A stretch of 40,018 nucleotides of DNA from a virus (Duplodnaviria; Heunggongvirae; Uroviricota; Caudoviricetes): positions 82,526 to 122,543 of the IMG/VR virus record IMGVR_UViG_3300015615_001160. The stretch is one strand, 5' to 3'. The position numbers and the translations under genes were made by a program. Within the stretch, counting starts at the first letter, position 1, and every line of letters begins with the position of its first letter. This document shows, piece after piece, positions 18,034 through 26,285 of this stretch. Below the pieces are notes generated by a model. That model saw nothing but the letters and a program-made list of their open reading frames with translations. It was not told where the DNA came from and did not search any database.

Positions 18034-18042
18034 ACGCTAACA
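18034..18042 (-). promoter_or_regulatory. Candidate extended -10 (TGnTAnnnT) for a leaderless DUF4268 transcript
   Basis: TGTTAGCGT-gcgccg-ATG, 6 nt spacing, no SD. Confidence 0.35.
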
Positions 18043-18082
18043 GCCATTTGATGACGCGGGCAAGGAACCAGCCGACGATCAA

Positions 18083-18520
18083 TCACACAATCGCCCGGCC
18101 CTTCGCCACACGCTCGCGGCACTCGGCCAGCGTCAGTCCCAGCTTGAGTTGGAAGTGCGGCTCGTCGCTGAACTTCCAGCGCCCGCCCCATTCGAGGCCG
18201 AGCTTTTCGCCGATCGCGCCGGCCTTCGCGTAGAGCGGCGACTCTTCCACGTAGCGCCCGCCGTCGAAGATCCCGACGTCCCACGCGATCCCGAAGTTGT
18301 GCCACGAGTATCCGCCGCGTGCCTTGGTGACGATTTTGCCCGGCTTCGTGCGGCCCTGCTCGTAGAGCGCGTTCTGCTCCTCGTAGGTGCGAGTGCCGCT
18401 GATGATTTTGAGCGTGATGCCTGCGGCGAGACACGCAGCCATGAACTCGCGCGCCTTTTCCTGCGCGGCGGGCCGCAGCGTTTTGATGTTGGCCTCGGTG
18501 CGGGCGTCGAACGTGGTCAT
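18083..18520 (-). CDS. M15 family L-Ala-D-Glu/D-Ala-D-Ala peptidase endolysin
   Basis: SGTRTYEEQNALY.QGRT, SWHNFG.A.D, WGG.W and DEPHFQ motifs (Zn ligands H, D, H). Confidence 0.9.
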   Translation of the reverse strand: MTTFDARTEANIKTLRPAAQEKAREFMAACLAAGITLKIISGTRTYEEQNALYEQGRTKPGKIVTKARGGYSWHNFGIAWDVGIFDGGRYVEESPLYAKAGAIGEKLGLEWGGRWKFSDEPHFQLKLGLTLAECRERVAKGRAIV

Positions 18521-19842
18521 TTGGTTTCCTCAGTGAACAGCTTCGTGACGTCCTCGCCGTTGCGGATGATCTGCCGTCCGGGCGCGAGCGCGAACCAGCG
18601 GCGCACGATCACGTCGCAATACGCGGGAGAGATTTCGAGGCCATAGACGCGGCGGCTGAGTTGATCGCCCGCGACAAGCTGAGTGCCGCTGCCGGAAAAT
18701 GGCTCGTAGCAGAGGTCGTCGCGTTTCGTGTGCTGGCGCATCGGGACGGCGAAGCATTCCAGCGGCTTCGGAGTCGGATGATCGGGCCGCTCGTCGTTGT
18801 TGATGCCCTCGATTTCCCAGACGCTGCGCTCGTAATCGGAGGATTCGCGCGGCGGCTTGTTGCCTTTGATCCAGCCGAAGAAGCACGGCTCGTGCGCCCA
18901 GAGATACCACGACCGCGTGAGGATCGGGCGGTTCGGTTTGCTCCAGATGATCTGCTGGTGGACGAACGCGCCGTTCTTTTCCCACGCGTCCTCGACCATT
19001 CGCTGGCGACGGCTCGCGTGCCAGCAATACCACGCGGCGTTCGGATCGATTGCCACCTCGATGGCCGCTTTGATGAAGCGGTCGTAGAGGTCGCAGTTGC
19101 GTGCGTCGTCAGCTTCGTCCCACGTCGCGCCGTAAGTTTCCGACCAGTCGGTGTTCGTCTTCGGGCGCGTGCCCGGATGATTGGTGCCGTCGTAGCCGAC
19201 GAGATAGGGCGGGTCGGTGGCGAAGAGAATCGCGCGCTGTCCGTTCATCACACGCCAGACGTCCTCGACGTTCGTCGAATCACCGCAGAGCAGACGGTGC
19301 GGGCCAAGCTCGTAGAGATCGCCGGGCTTGGTGAGCGGATTGACCGGCGGCGCGGGCACCGTCGCGTCGCCTTCCTTCGTCTCCAGCCGCTCCAGGATGT
19401 CGTCGAGCGAATCGGCGTCGAAGCCGGTGAGGTCGAGATCGATCTTGCCGTCGAGGTCTTTGAGCAGCGCCTTCAAACTCTCCTCATCAGCCTCCGCGAG
19501 TTCGGCGATGCGGTTGTCCGCGATCATGTCGGCCCACTCGGCGGCTTCGCTCTCGTAGTCCTGAAAGTCTGCGGGAACCGTGTCGGCCCCGAGCAGCTTC
19601 GCGGCGTCGAGGCGACCGTGTCCTTTGATCACGAAGCCGGAGCGTTTGGACACAACCACCGGATTCCGCCAGCCCTGTGCTTTGATGATCTTCGCGAGCA
19701 GCTCGATCTGCTTTTGCGGATGCGTGTTCGGATTGCGCGGGTTCGGCACGAGCTTGTCCACCGCGACGAGCGCCGTGTGCGCGCAGAACACCGGGATGCC
19801 GCCCGCGAGCGGCGCTGCTGGTTCGGGTGCGGTGGTGCTCAC
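18517..19842 (-). CDS. ParB-like N-terminal domain + N6/N4 DNA methyltransferase (beta class)
   Basis: GTG 19842 with GGAGG upstream. NPRNPNTH..KQI..L...I...GW, GHGR, DPPY and YEPFSGSGT motifs. Confidence 0.9.
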   Translation of the reverse strand: MSTTAPEPAAPLAGGIPVFCAHTALVAVDKLVPNPRNPNTHPQKQIELLAKIIKAQGWRNPVVVSKRSGFVIKGHGRLDAAKLLGADTVPADFQDYESEAAEWADMIADNRIAELAEADEESLKALLKDLDGKIDLDLTGFDADSLDDILERLETKEGDATVPAPPVNPLTKPGDLYELGPHRLLCGDSTNVEDVWRVMNGQRAILFATDPPYLVGYDGTNHPGTRPKTNTDWSETYGATWDEADDARNCDLYDRFIKAAIEVAIDPNAAWYCWHASRRQRMVEDAWEKNGAFVHQQIIWSKPNRPILTRSWYLWAHEPCFFGWIKGNKPPRESSDYERSVWEIEGINNDERPDHPTPKPLECFAVPMRQHTKRDDLCYEPFSGSGTQLVAGDQLSRRVYGLEISPAYCDVIVRRWFALAPGRQIIRNGEDVTKLFTEETK

Positions 19843-20024
19843 TTCGCGTAGCCCTCCTTCGCGGGAAGCGCGAATTCGACCGCTGCGCCGCCAAACCGCG
19901 GATCGCGATACTCGACGCGCCACATCGTTCCGCACCCACAGAGCACCATTCCGAGCAGCACGACGAAGAGAAAACCGAGGACGAGCCTCGCGCAGTGCCA
20001 GTAGTCGGCGGGTTCGGGATTCAT
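19839..20024 (-). CDS. 61-aa membrane/lipoprotein (lysis-associated candidate)
   Basis: MNPEPADYWHCARLVLGFLFVVLLGMVLCGCGTMW...: hydrophobic segment ending in a lipobox-like LCGC. Confidence 0.55.
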   Translation of the reverse strand: MNPEPADYWHCARLVLGFLFVVLLGMVLCGCGTMWRVEYRDPRFGGAAVEFALPAKEGYAK

Positions 20025-20072
20025 GCCGACCCTGCGGGTGTCAACGGCTTTGACAATCGGCGCGTCGGCATG
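20022..20072. promoter_or_regulatory. Symmetric divergent control element containing two back-to-back TTGACA motifs
   Basis: CATGCCGAC-N8-TGTCAA-N5-TTGACA-N8-GTCGGCATG; each TTGACA is 14 nt upstream of a divergent ATG (20024 on -, 20070 on +). Confidence 0.7.
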
Positions 20073-20687
20073 ACCGACAATAACGAGGGCATTCCGCCCG
20101 ACGTGGCCGAGCGCATCCTCGACGCGGACTTCAAGAACATCGTGAAGAAGGTCGCCGCCGGGAAGACGCTCACCGTGGCCGAGCGGGCGCGCGTGCAAGC
20201 CCGTGCGTCGGGCTGCACCGACAGCGTGGCCTACGCGAAGACCGTGGTGGAACTGGCGAACCTGCTCGGCGTCACGCGCCGCACAATCACCGCATGGCGC
20301 AAACTGGAAGGAGCGCCTGCGACGCTGGCCAACGGGAGCTTCCCTGTGGCCGACTGGCGCGAGTTTGTGCGCGTGCGCGGGCTGAAGACCAACCAGCCGG
20401 TGACGACGAGCGAGGAAGCCCTGAAAGCCCGCAAGCTGCTCGCCGAGGTCGAGGAACGCGAATTGAAGGTCGCGCTCCGCAAGGGCGAATACGTTCTGCT
20501 CTCCGATGTGCGCCGCGACTGGCTGGTCGGTGTCGGCAAAGCGGTCGCGCTGCTGCGCGCGAAATTCGAGAACGAGCTGCCGCCGATCCTGAGCGGGCGC
20601 GACGCGCAGGGCATCCGTGAAGAGTGCGCCCGCGCCATCGATGAAGTCTGCAAGGTGCTCCACACGGGCGGAGGGGCGACGCCGTGA
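20070..20687 (+). CDS. Terminase small subunit (Nu1-like, HTH)
   Basis: Start re-called at ATG 20070. HTH ELANLLGVTRRTITAWRK, coiled coil ERELKVAL.KGEYV; upstream of TerL. Confidence 0.8.
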   Translation: MTDNNEGIPPDVAERILDADFKNIVKKVAAGKTLTVAERARVQARASGCTDSVAYAKTVVELANLLGVTRRTITAWRKLEGAPATLANGSFPVADWREFVRVRGLKTNQPVTTSEEALKARKLLAEVEERELKVALRKGEYVLLSDVRRDWLVGVGKAVALLRAKFENELPPILSGRDAQGIREECARAIDEVCKVLHTGGGATP

Positions 20688-21031
20688 GTGCGCGCACTCC
20701 ATCGCGGCTGGAGCGCCGGTTTGAACTGCTCTGGCGCGTCGTCGAAGGCCCAAAGCTGGCGACCGAGTTTCGCTTTCACGAGAAACGCCGCTGGCGCGCG
20801 GACTACGCGCACGAGGAAAGCCGGACGCTCATCGAACTCGAAGGCGGTGTGTGGGTCGGCGGGCGTCACACCCGCGGACAGGGATTCGTCGCCGATGCCG
20901 AGAAGTATTTCGAGGCCGCGCTCGCCGGGTGGCGTGTCGTGCGCCTCGTGTCCTCGCAAATCACCTTGGAGAACCTTCGCCGTCTCGCCGACGCGATCCA
21001 GACCGGATGGAAGCCGCCAGCGAACAACTGA
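20684..21031 (+). CDS. DUF559/Vsr-like PD-(D/E)xK endonuclease
   Basis: EFRFH..RRWR.D, IELEGGVW.GGRH and D.EKY..A...GW.V.R motifs. Confidence 0.75.
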   Translation: MSARTPSRLERRFELLWRVVEGPKLATEFRFHEKRRWRADYAHEESRTLIELEGGVWVGGRHTRGQGFVADAEKYFEAALAGWRVVRLVSSQITLENLRRLADAIQTGWKPPANN

Positions 21032-22839
21032 CGCAGATCTGGCGCGAGGCGTGGCGACCACCCGACCGTCAACCCGCGTGGCAATGGGCCGAGGCGCATG
21101 TGCGGTCGATCCCATACTCGCCGATGCCAGGACGGTTCCGCGTCGAGAACTCGCCGCAGATCCGCGAGGTGCTCGACGCCATCGTCGATCCGAAGGTGCG
21201 GCTCGTCTCGATCCTCGCGGCGGTGCAGTCGAGCAAGACCACCGCGCCGGAAATCTCGCTCTGCTACATCATCGCCAATCTGCCCGGCCCGACGCTCTGG
21301 CTCGACCAGACCGACGAGGACGCGAAAGACCAGAGCGAGTCGCGGCTGCAAAAACTCTTCGACGAGTGCGAGCCGGTGAAGGCGCTCTTTCCCGCCGACC
21401 GGCACAAGAAGCGCAACCACACGATCCATTTCGCCAACGGCATGACGCTCTGGATCGTCGGCGCGCACAACAAGACGAACCTCCAGCGCCGTTCGATCCG
21501 CTGGCTGATCGGCGACGAGACGTGGCGGTGGCCTTCCGGTCACATGGCCGAGGCCGAGGCGCGCGTCACGGCGTTCGGCTGGCTGGGCAAGTGCGTGTTC
21601 ATGTCGCAGGGCGGCGAGGAGGACGACGACACACACCGCAAGTTCGAGACGACAGACATGCGCGAGTGGACGTTCGAGTGTCCGCACTGCGGCCATCGGC
21701 AGCCGTTCCTCTGGGAAAACGTCGAGTGGTCGAAGGACTGCAAGGACGAGAACGAGCAATACGACTTCACAAAGGTTCACGCGACGACCGTGCTGCGCTG
21801 CGCGTCGTGCAATTTCTACTTCGACGATGCCGACGAAACCCGGCGGCGGCTCAATGCGAGCGGGCGGTTCGTTCCGCAGAATCCGCGCGCGGCGCGCGAG
21901 AATGTCGGGTTCCACTGGAACGCACTGGCCACCATGTCCTGGGGACGGCTCGCCGAACTCTACCTGCGCGCGAAGCAGGCCGCGCGCAAAGGCGACACCT
22001 CGCTGCTCCAGCAGTTTTACCAAAAGCGGCTCGCGCTGCCGTGGCGCGAGTATCTCGAGGATTTCAAATTGGAGATCACGACCTCGGGCTACCGGCTCGG
22101 CGATCTGTGGTGCGACGAGGGTGCCATCGACCGCTTCGGCAAGGTCGTGCCACCGCCATTCCCCGAGGGCGGGCGCATGGTGCCGCTGCGCGTGGTGACC
22201 GTGGACTGCCAGATTGATCACCTCTTCGTCGTCGTGCGCTCGTGGAGTGCCGAGGGTTCGTCGCGGCTCGTGTGGTGCGAGCGCGTGCTGACTTTCGAGG
22301 ACATCGACGCGCTGCAAAAGCGCTTCGTCGTTCACTCCAATCTCGTCTTCGTCGATGCAGGCAACGCGACCTACGAGGTCTATAAGCAGTGCGCCGAGCG
22401 CGGCTGGATCGCGCTGATGGGCGACCGCCGCGCGACGTTCGTCCACAAGGGCAAGACGCGCGTGTCCGTGCAGCGGTTCTACTCGCCCCGGCGAAAGGTG
22501 GTGCTCGGCCACAACCGTTGGTGCCACGTCCACTACTGGAGCAATCTGAACATCAAAGACTCGCTCGCGCGGCTGCGGCGAAACCAAGACCCGGCCAACG
22601 GCGTGACATGGGAGGTGCCTGACGACGTGCCCGAGGATTATCTCAAGCAGATGGAGTCCGAGCATCGGGTGAAGGACAAGGGCAAGTGGGTCTGGAAACA
22701 GATCGGCAGCCGGCCCAATCACTACTTTGACTGCGAGGCGATGCAGACGGCGGCGGCGACGATGCTCAAACTGATCGGGCGCGAAGCAGCCGCGATTGCG
22801 GGCGAGCCGGAAGAAAGCGGAGAAGCCGAGCAGTCCTGA
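21007..22839 (+). CDS. Terminase large subunit (lambda GpA family)
   Basis: Start re-called at ATG 21007. WQWAE, QSSKT Walker A variant, IGDE Walker B, CPHCG...C..C Zn ribbon, TVDCQ, VDAG and NHYFDCE nuclease motifs. Confidence 0.92.
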   Translation: MEAASEQLTQIWREAWRPPDRQPAWQWAEAHVRSIPYSPMPGRFRVENSPQIREVLDAIVDPKVRLVSILAAVQSSKTTAPEISLCYIIANLPGPTLWLDQTDEDAKDQSESRLQKLFDECEPVKALFPADRHKKRNHTIHFANGMTLWIVGAHNKTNLQRRSIRWLIGDETWRWPSGHMAEAEARVTAFGWLGKCVFMSQGGEEDDDTHRKFETTDMREWTFECPHCGHRQPFLWENVEWSKDCKDENEQYDFTKVHATTVLRCASCNFYFDDADETRRRLNASGRFVPQNPRAARENVGFHWNALATMSWGRLAELYLRAKQAARKGDTSLLQQFYQKRLALPWREYLEDFKLEITTSGYRLGDLWCDEGAIDRFGKVVPPPFPEGGRMVPLRVVTVDCQIDHLFVVVRSWSAEGSSRLVWCERVLTFEDIDALQKRFVVHSNLVFVDAGNATYEVYKQCAERGWIALMGDRRATFVHKGKTRVSVQRFYSPRRKVVLGHNRWCHVHYWSNLNIKDSLARLRRNQDPANGVTWEVPDDVPEDYLKQMESEHRVKDKGKWVWKQIGSRPNHYFDCEAMQTAAATMLKLIGREAAAIAGEPEESGEAEQS

Positions 22840-22846
22840 TGGCTGG

Positions 22847-23245
22847 CTACGGGTAAGAGGCCAGATGCGGCCGCTCGACGAGCCTCGGATGCACGGTGGC
22901 GAGAAAGTAAATCCACGCCATGACGTGCCCGCCGCGTTCCACGGCGACGCGCTCGATGCGGCGGCGGTAGAAGTTCGGATGACTTTCGAGCCGGTCGAGC
23001 AGTTCCCAGCCGTCTGCATCCCAGACGCGGAACACTTCGCCGCGAACGATCTGCCCGGTGCCGGGCTGGTCGAGCAGGTAGGGCAGGCCATCGGCAACGA
23101 GCGGATACTCGATCAGCGTGCGCGCTTCGCCGAGAAATGCGCCGCCAGCCCGCGCCATGACGTGGTGATTGTGCAGGCCGCGCTTGAGCGTGCCGTAAAC
23201 GAAGACGAGCGGCGTCTGATCAGCAGGCGATGGCGAGTTCCGCAT
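22847..23245 (-). CDS. Gamma-glutamylcyclotransferase (AIG2/YtfP-like)
   Basis: VFVYGTLKRG..NH, V.GEVF and LDRLE motifs; start uncertain (23245 or 23278). Confidence 0.85.
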   Translation of the reverse strand: MRNSPSPADQTPLVFVYGTLKRGLHNHHVMARAGGAFLGEARTLIEYPLVADGLPYLLDQPGTGQIVRGEVFRVWDADGWELLDRLESHPNFYRRRIERVAVERGGHVMAWIYFLATVHPRLVERPHLASYP

Positions 23246-23684
23246 CCCGCAGAAACGGCGCAATGATTCGGGCGACATAAGTTTGAGGCAGGCGGAACGC
23301 CAGCGCACCGCGCACCACGCGCGGCAGGTAGCCGAGGCGCGGCTCGCCGTGGTCGGTCATCGGGTCGATGTAAACCAGCGCCTTGAGGGTCGTGCCGCCG
23401 TCGAGCCGGACGGTCGCGAGCGTCTTGCGATAGCACCCGTGGTGGACGCCCTCGAAGCGGTCGAGCGCAGCTTCATCGTCCGCAGTGATGCGCCAGATGC
23501 CACCCCACGTTTCGGCATCGCGCTGCGAGCGGAGCGTGGCGACGCCCCGGCGGTTGATGACGAAGCGGCGGTGCCGGGCGAGGCCGCGTCCGACGCGCCG
23601 GGCTTGCGGGCATCGCTGCGCCATCTGCGCCACGTCCATGTTCGAGCCGTAGGCGAAGTAGAACTGATCGGGCTTGCGGCTCAT
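23220..23684 (-). CDS. Gamma-glutamylcyclotransferase (GGCT-like, second type)
   Basis: YFAYGSNM, WGGIW.I, LDRFEG and Y.K motifs. Confidence 0.85.
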   Translation of the reverse strand: MSRKPDQFYFAYGSNMDVAQMAQRCPQARRVGRGLARHRRFVINRRGVATLRSQRDAETWGGIWRITADDEAALDRFEGVHHGCYRKTLATVRLDGGTTLKALVYIDPMTDHGEPRLGYLPRVVRGALAFRLPQTYVARIIAPFLRDAELAIAC

Positions 23685-23977
23685 TCGTCGTTCGGCGTGA
23701 AGGGCACCACGTTGCCGGGCGGTTCGTCGGCATCCACGAGGAATTCGTTCTCGATCAAGTCGGCCACGAATTCCTCGGCGTTGTAGGTGCTGATGATCGC
23801 GCCCGAATACGTGCGGCAGGCGCGCGAAGTCTCTTCCATGAAATCCGCGAGCGTCGCCCGTGGGTCGCGGCTCGACGCGCGGAGCGCGGCCACGATTTCA
23901 TCGGGCGTCTCGCCCGTGATCGTGCCGCCGCCGAGCATGCGGTAGCTCTTTGTCGGTGAATCCATCAGGGTCATCAT
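23681..23977 (-). CDS. Hypothetical protein within the amidoligase-GGCT cassette
   Basis: 98 aa, coupled to the downstream GGCT. Confidence 0.6.
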   Translation of the reverse strand: MMTLMDSPTKSYRMLGGGTITGETPDEIVAALRASSRDPRATLADFMEETSRACRTYSGAIISTYNAEEFVADLIENEFLVDADEPPGNVVPFTPNDE

Positions 23978-24017
23978 AGGGCGTCGTCTTGGTGGCTGAA
24001 AGGTTGCGAGCGCATTT

Positions 24018-24971
24018 TTATGCGGCGAGCGCCAGCCGCTGCGTGCGCTGGCGGTAGAACCCGATCAACTCGGGCGTGGCGAACTGCGCGGCGTCCTCGA
24101 AGCCCGCGCCCGCGACCCGCTGCGTCTTGCTGAACTCGATCATGCGCGCGAGGAAGTGCAGCCAGTTGGAAATCTTCTCGAACTCGATGCTGCCGCTGTG
24201 CTGGCGGAACTCGATGGTGCGGTGCCGCCAGTAGGCTTGGACGTTCACCTTGAAGTAGCGGTTCGCGCCCGTGACCGAGCGTTCCAATTCGTGCAGCGTG
24301 GTCGCGCGGTCGAGCTTGCCCGCCAGCCCGTGAACCCGCAGCGAGCGGCAGTAGCTGTTGTTGTTCGCGCGGCGGCTCGCGGGCATGAACCCGTCGATCA
24401 GCGGCTCCAGCGTCGCGTAATTGTGGAAAATGTTTTTCCAGACCCGCGCGTCGTCGCGGAAGTCTTCAGTCCCGAAGTGAATGTGCAGCCCGCACGTTCT
24501 GTTGATCTTCGCGTTCAGCCTTTTGAGCGTCGCGCAGACTTTGCGAAGCTGCTCAATCCCGTCTGCACCGCGCAGCACCGGGCTGACCAATTCGAGGGCG
24601 TTGCTCCCGCAGACCGACCCGTCATTCACAATCTTCCAATGCGCCCGCGTGGTGTGGTTGTAAGCCTCGGCTTCGATGTTGATGCCCGCGGCGCGAAGCT
24701 CGGTGACCAGCCGCTCGCGCTGCACGTCGAACATCTCGATCTCGACCCCGAAGCTGCGGGTGAAGGCGAAGGTCGCCGCCACCGGCCCGTCGAGAATCAC
24801 GCGGCGGGCGCGAATGCGCTCCGGGTAGAGCTTCGCGTAGACGTTCTGCACGAACCCGTAGCCGACCCCCATCAGGGTCGCCACTTCTTGGCGGCTCATT
24901 CCGAGCGCGAGAAGCTGCTGAATCTTGCGGGTCTTGGTGGTCGCTTGGGCGAGGATTTCGTTGGCGGTCAT
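24018..24971 (-). CDS. Putative amidoligase (COOH-NH2 ligase type 2) with N-terminal HTH
   Basis: FGVEIE, WKIVNDGSV, ELVSPVL, CGLHIH and TIEFRQH motifs; N-terminal MSRQEVATLMGVGYGFVQNVY HTH. Confidence 0.85.
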   Translation of the reverse strand: MTANEILAQATTKTRKIQQLLALGMSRQEVATLMGVGYGFVQNVYAKLYPERIRARRVILDGPVAATFAFTRSFGVEIEMFDVQRERLVTELRAAGINIEAEAYNHTTRAHWKIVNDGSVCGSNALELVSPVLRGADGIEQLRKVCATLKRLNAKINRTCGLHIHFGTEDFRDDARVWKNIFHNYATLEPLIDGFMPASRRANNNSYCRSLRVHGLAGKLDRATTLHELERSVTGANRYFKVNVQAYWRHRTIEFRQHSGSIEFEKISNWLHFLARMIEFSKTQRVAGAGFEDAAQFATPELIGFYRQRTQRLALAA

Positions 24972-25135
24972 GGTCGTTTAAGTGGCTGGTTTCGAGGTTG
25001 CTCTGAACGACGTTGGATTCGCTCTGCGGGCCAATTACCTCAAGGCAATCAACGACATTTCCGGCAGATATAGTTCTCTGATAATGAGGCACTTCCGCGC
25101 CGCGTGGCACAGCGCCTGATTAGTGGTAAATGCGC

Positions 25136-25441
25136 TCAGAAAAGCTCGCCGGGCCGGCGCAATTGGAGGACTTCGCGGGCGGCGGCGAGCAGGTCGCGCC
25201 CTTCGAGTTCCACGCCCGGTGCATCGCCAATCTCGATGGTGATGCGCGGGCTTTTGCCGCCCCGATATTCCACCCGCACGCCGGGCGCGCCGAAGCCGCC
25301 CATGATGCCGAACTCGGCAGCGATGCGCTCGGTCAGCGCCTCATCGTCGAAGCTGCCGCCATCGTGCCATCGCTCGTCCGCGCCGCTGGTGCTGTGGAGC
25401 GCACGATGAAGTGCGTCGGCGAGCAGCGGCGAGAGGTTCAT
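25136..25441 (-). CDS. Hypothetical protein
   Basis: 101 aa, coupled to the upstream ORF; TTGACG 13 nt upstream. Confidence 0.6.
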   Translation of the reverse strand: MNLSPLLADALHRALHSTSGADERWHDGGSFDDEALTERIAAEFGIMGGFGAPGVRVEYRGGKSPRITIEIGDAPGVELEGRDLLAAAREVLQLRRPGELF

Positions 25442-25707
25442 GCGTGGGCGCGCTCGTCAACGCGCGCGGAGATTTCCTCGATGGTCTCGTCCATCGTCAC
25501 GAGCGACCCGCCGAGGTAGCTGTGCTCGCGGTCGAGCGCCGTGCGGAGGTGCGCGAGCCAGTAGCATTGCGCGCGAGTTCGCGCAGATTCGGGCGCGTCT
25601 CGCAGCGCAGCATCGGCCCGCTCGATCAGTTCGAGAAAGCCGTCTTTGATGTCCTCCAACTCCTCGACCAGCGCGAGGAGCCGTTCGTTTCTGTCGGGCT
25701 TGCTCAT
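25438..25707 (-). CDS. Hypothetical helical protein
   Basis: 89 aa, acidic, amphipathic. Confidence 0.6.
   Translation of the reverse strand: MSKPDRNERLLALVEELEDIKDGFLELIERADAALRDAPESARTRAQCYWLAHLRTALDREHSYLGGSLVTMDETIEEISARVDERAHA
25455..25460 (-). promoter_or_regulatory. TTGACG variant 13 nt upstream of ATG 25441
   Basis: TTGACG-agcgcgcccacgc-ATG. Confidence 0.4.
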
Positions 25708-25716
25708 CGCGCGCGA

Positions 25717-25923
25717 TCAGGGCTGCTGCGTCACCGGGCGGTAGCGGCGCTGGCCGAGGCCCGAACCCGCCCACGCGATCACTCCCGCGCGCTCCAGCAG
25801 ATCGAGGTCGGCATTGGTGCGCTCATTGTTCAGGTGGAACCAGCGGCCCTTCCCGGTCGGGAATAGTCGCTGCATGAGGCGTGCGGTTTCGCTGGCTGGC
25901 TGCTGGCTTGGATTCGCTTTCAT
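25717..25923 (-). CDS. Hypothetical protein (possible winged-helix fragment)
   Basis: 68 aa; LDLLERAGVI motif. Confidence 0.5.
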   Translation of the reverse strand: MKANPSQQPASETARLMQRLFPTGKGRWFHLNNERTNADLDLLERAGVIAWAGSGLGQRRYRPVTQQP

Positions 25924-26155
25924 CGTGCGTGGTCATTCGCTCCACGCCCGAAAACCATCGAGGTATCTATCCGCCTTTATCTGCGGGCCATCAGCGCCAG
26001 CAGGCACACGGGTTGATTTCCAGCCGCGCCGCATTTTGTGGGAAGCGCGAAAAGTGAATCTCACGCGATTTGAGTGAGCGTCTGGCCAACCCCAAATCGA
26101 AGCGGCTCGGCTAAAAGATTCCTTTACCGGGGTGGGGTGGGCCGATGGCCGGCGG

Positions 26156-26269
26156 TCAGTGAAGCGTCCACCAGATGACCTTGCCCACGAAGAGCAGGAC
26201 GAACACGAACGTCAGGCCGAAGCCGATGGCAGCGAAAACTTGAGTGGCGATTTCCTCGAACTTTTTCAT
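26156..26269 (-). CDS. 37-aa single-pass membrane peptide (absent from ORF track)
   Basis: MKKFEEIATQVFAAIGFGLTFVFVLLFVGKVIWWTLH*. Confidence 0.55.
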   Translation of the reverse strand: MKKFEEIATQVFAAIGFGLTFVFVLLFVGKVIWWTLH

Positions 26270-26285
26270 GTCGTTGGCCTCGGTG

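Noticed and set aside
21007-22839. Non-canonical terminase Walker A (QSSKT)
   Set aside because: The ORF is intact with all other GpA motifs, so this is most likely natural variation rather than inactivation.
18041-22845. 7-bp inverted repeat CAGCCAT / ATGGCTG at the putative inversion ends
   Set aside because: Too short to distinguish from chance; no dedicated invertase is adjacent.
20866-23097. 743-aa minus-strand ORF, and similar long antisense ORFs (e.g. 12768..14312, 4858..6063, 1527..2978, 18661..19851)
   Set aside because: Shadow frames of well-supported genes in high-GC DNA; Arg/Ala-rich with no recognisable motifs.
25017-25942. GAGCGAAT upstream of the amidoligase and the 68-aa ORF
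   Set aside because: Only two copies, at different spacings (45 and 11 nt); insufficient support.
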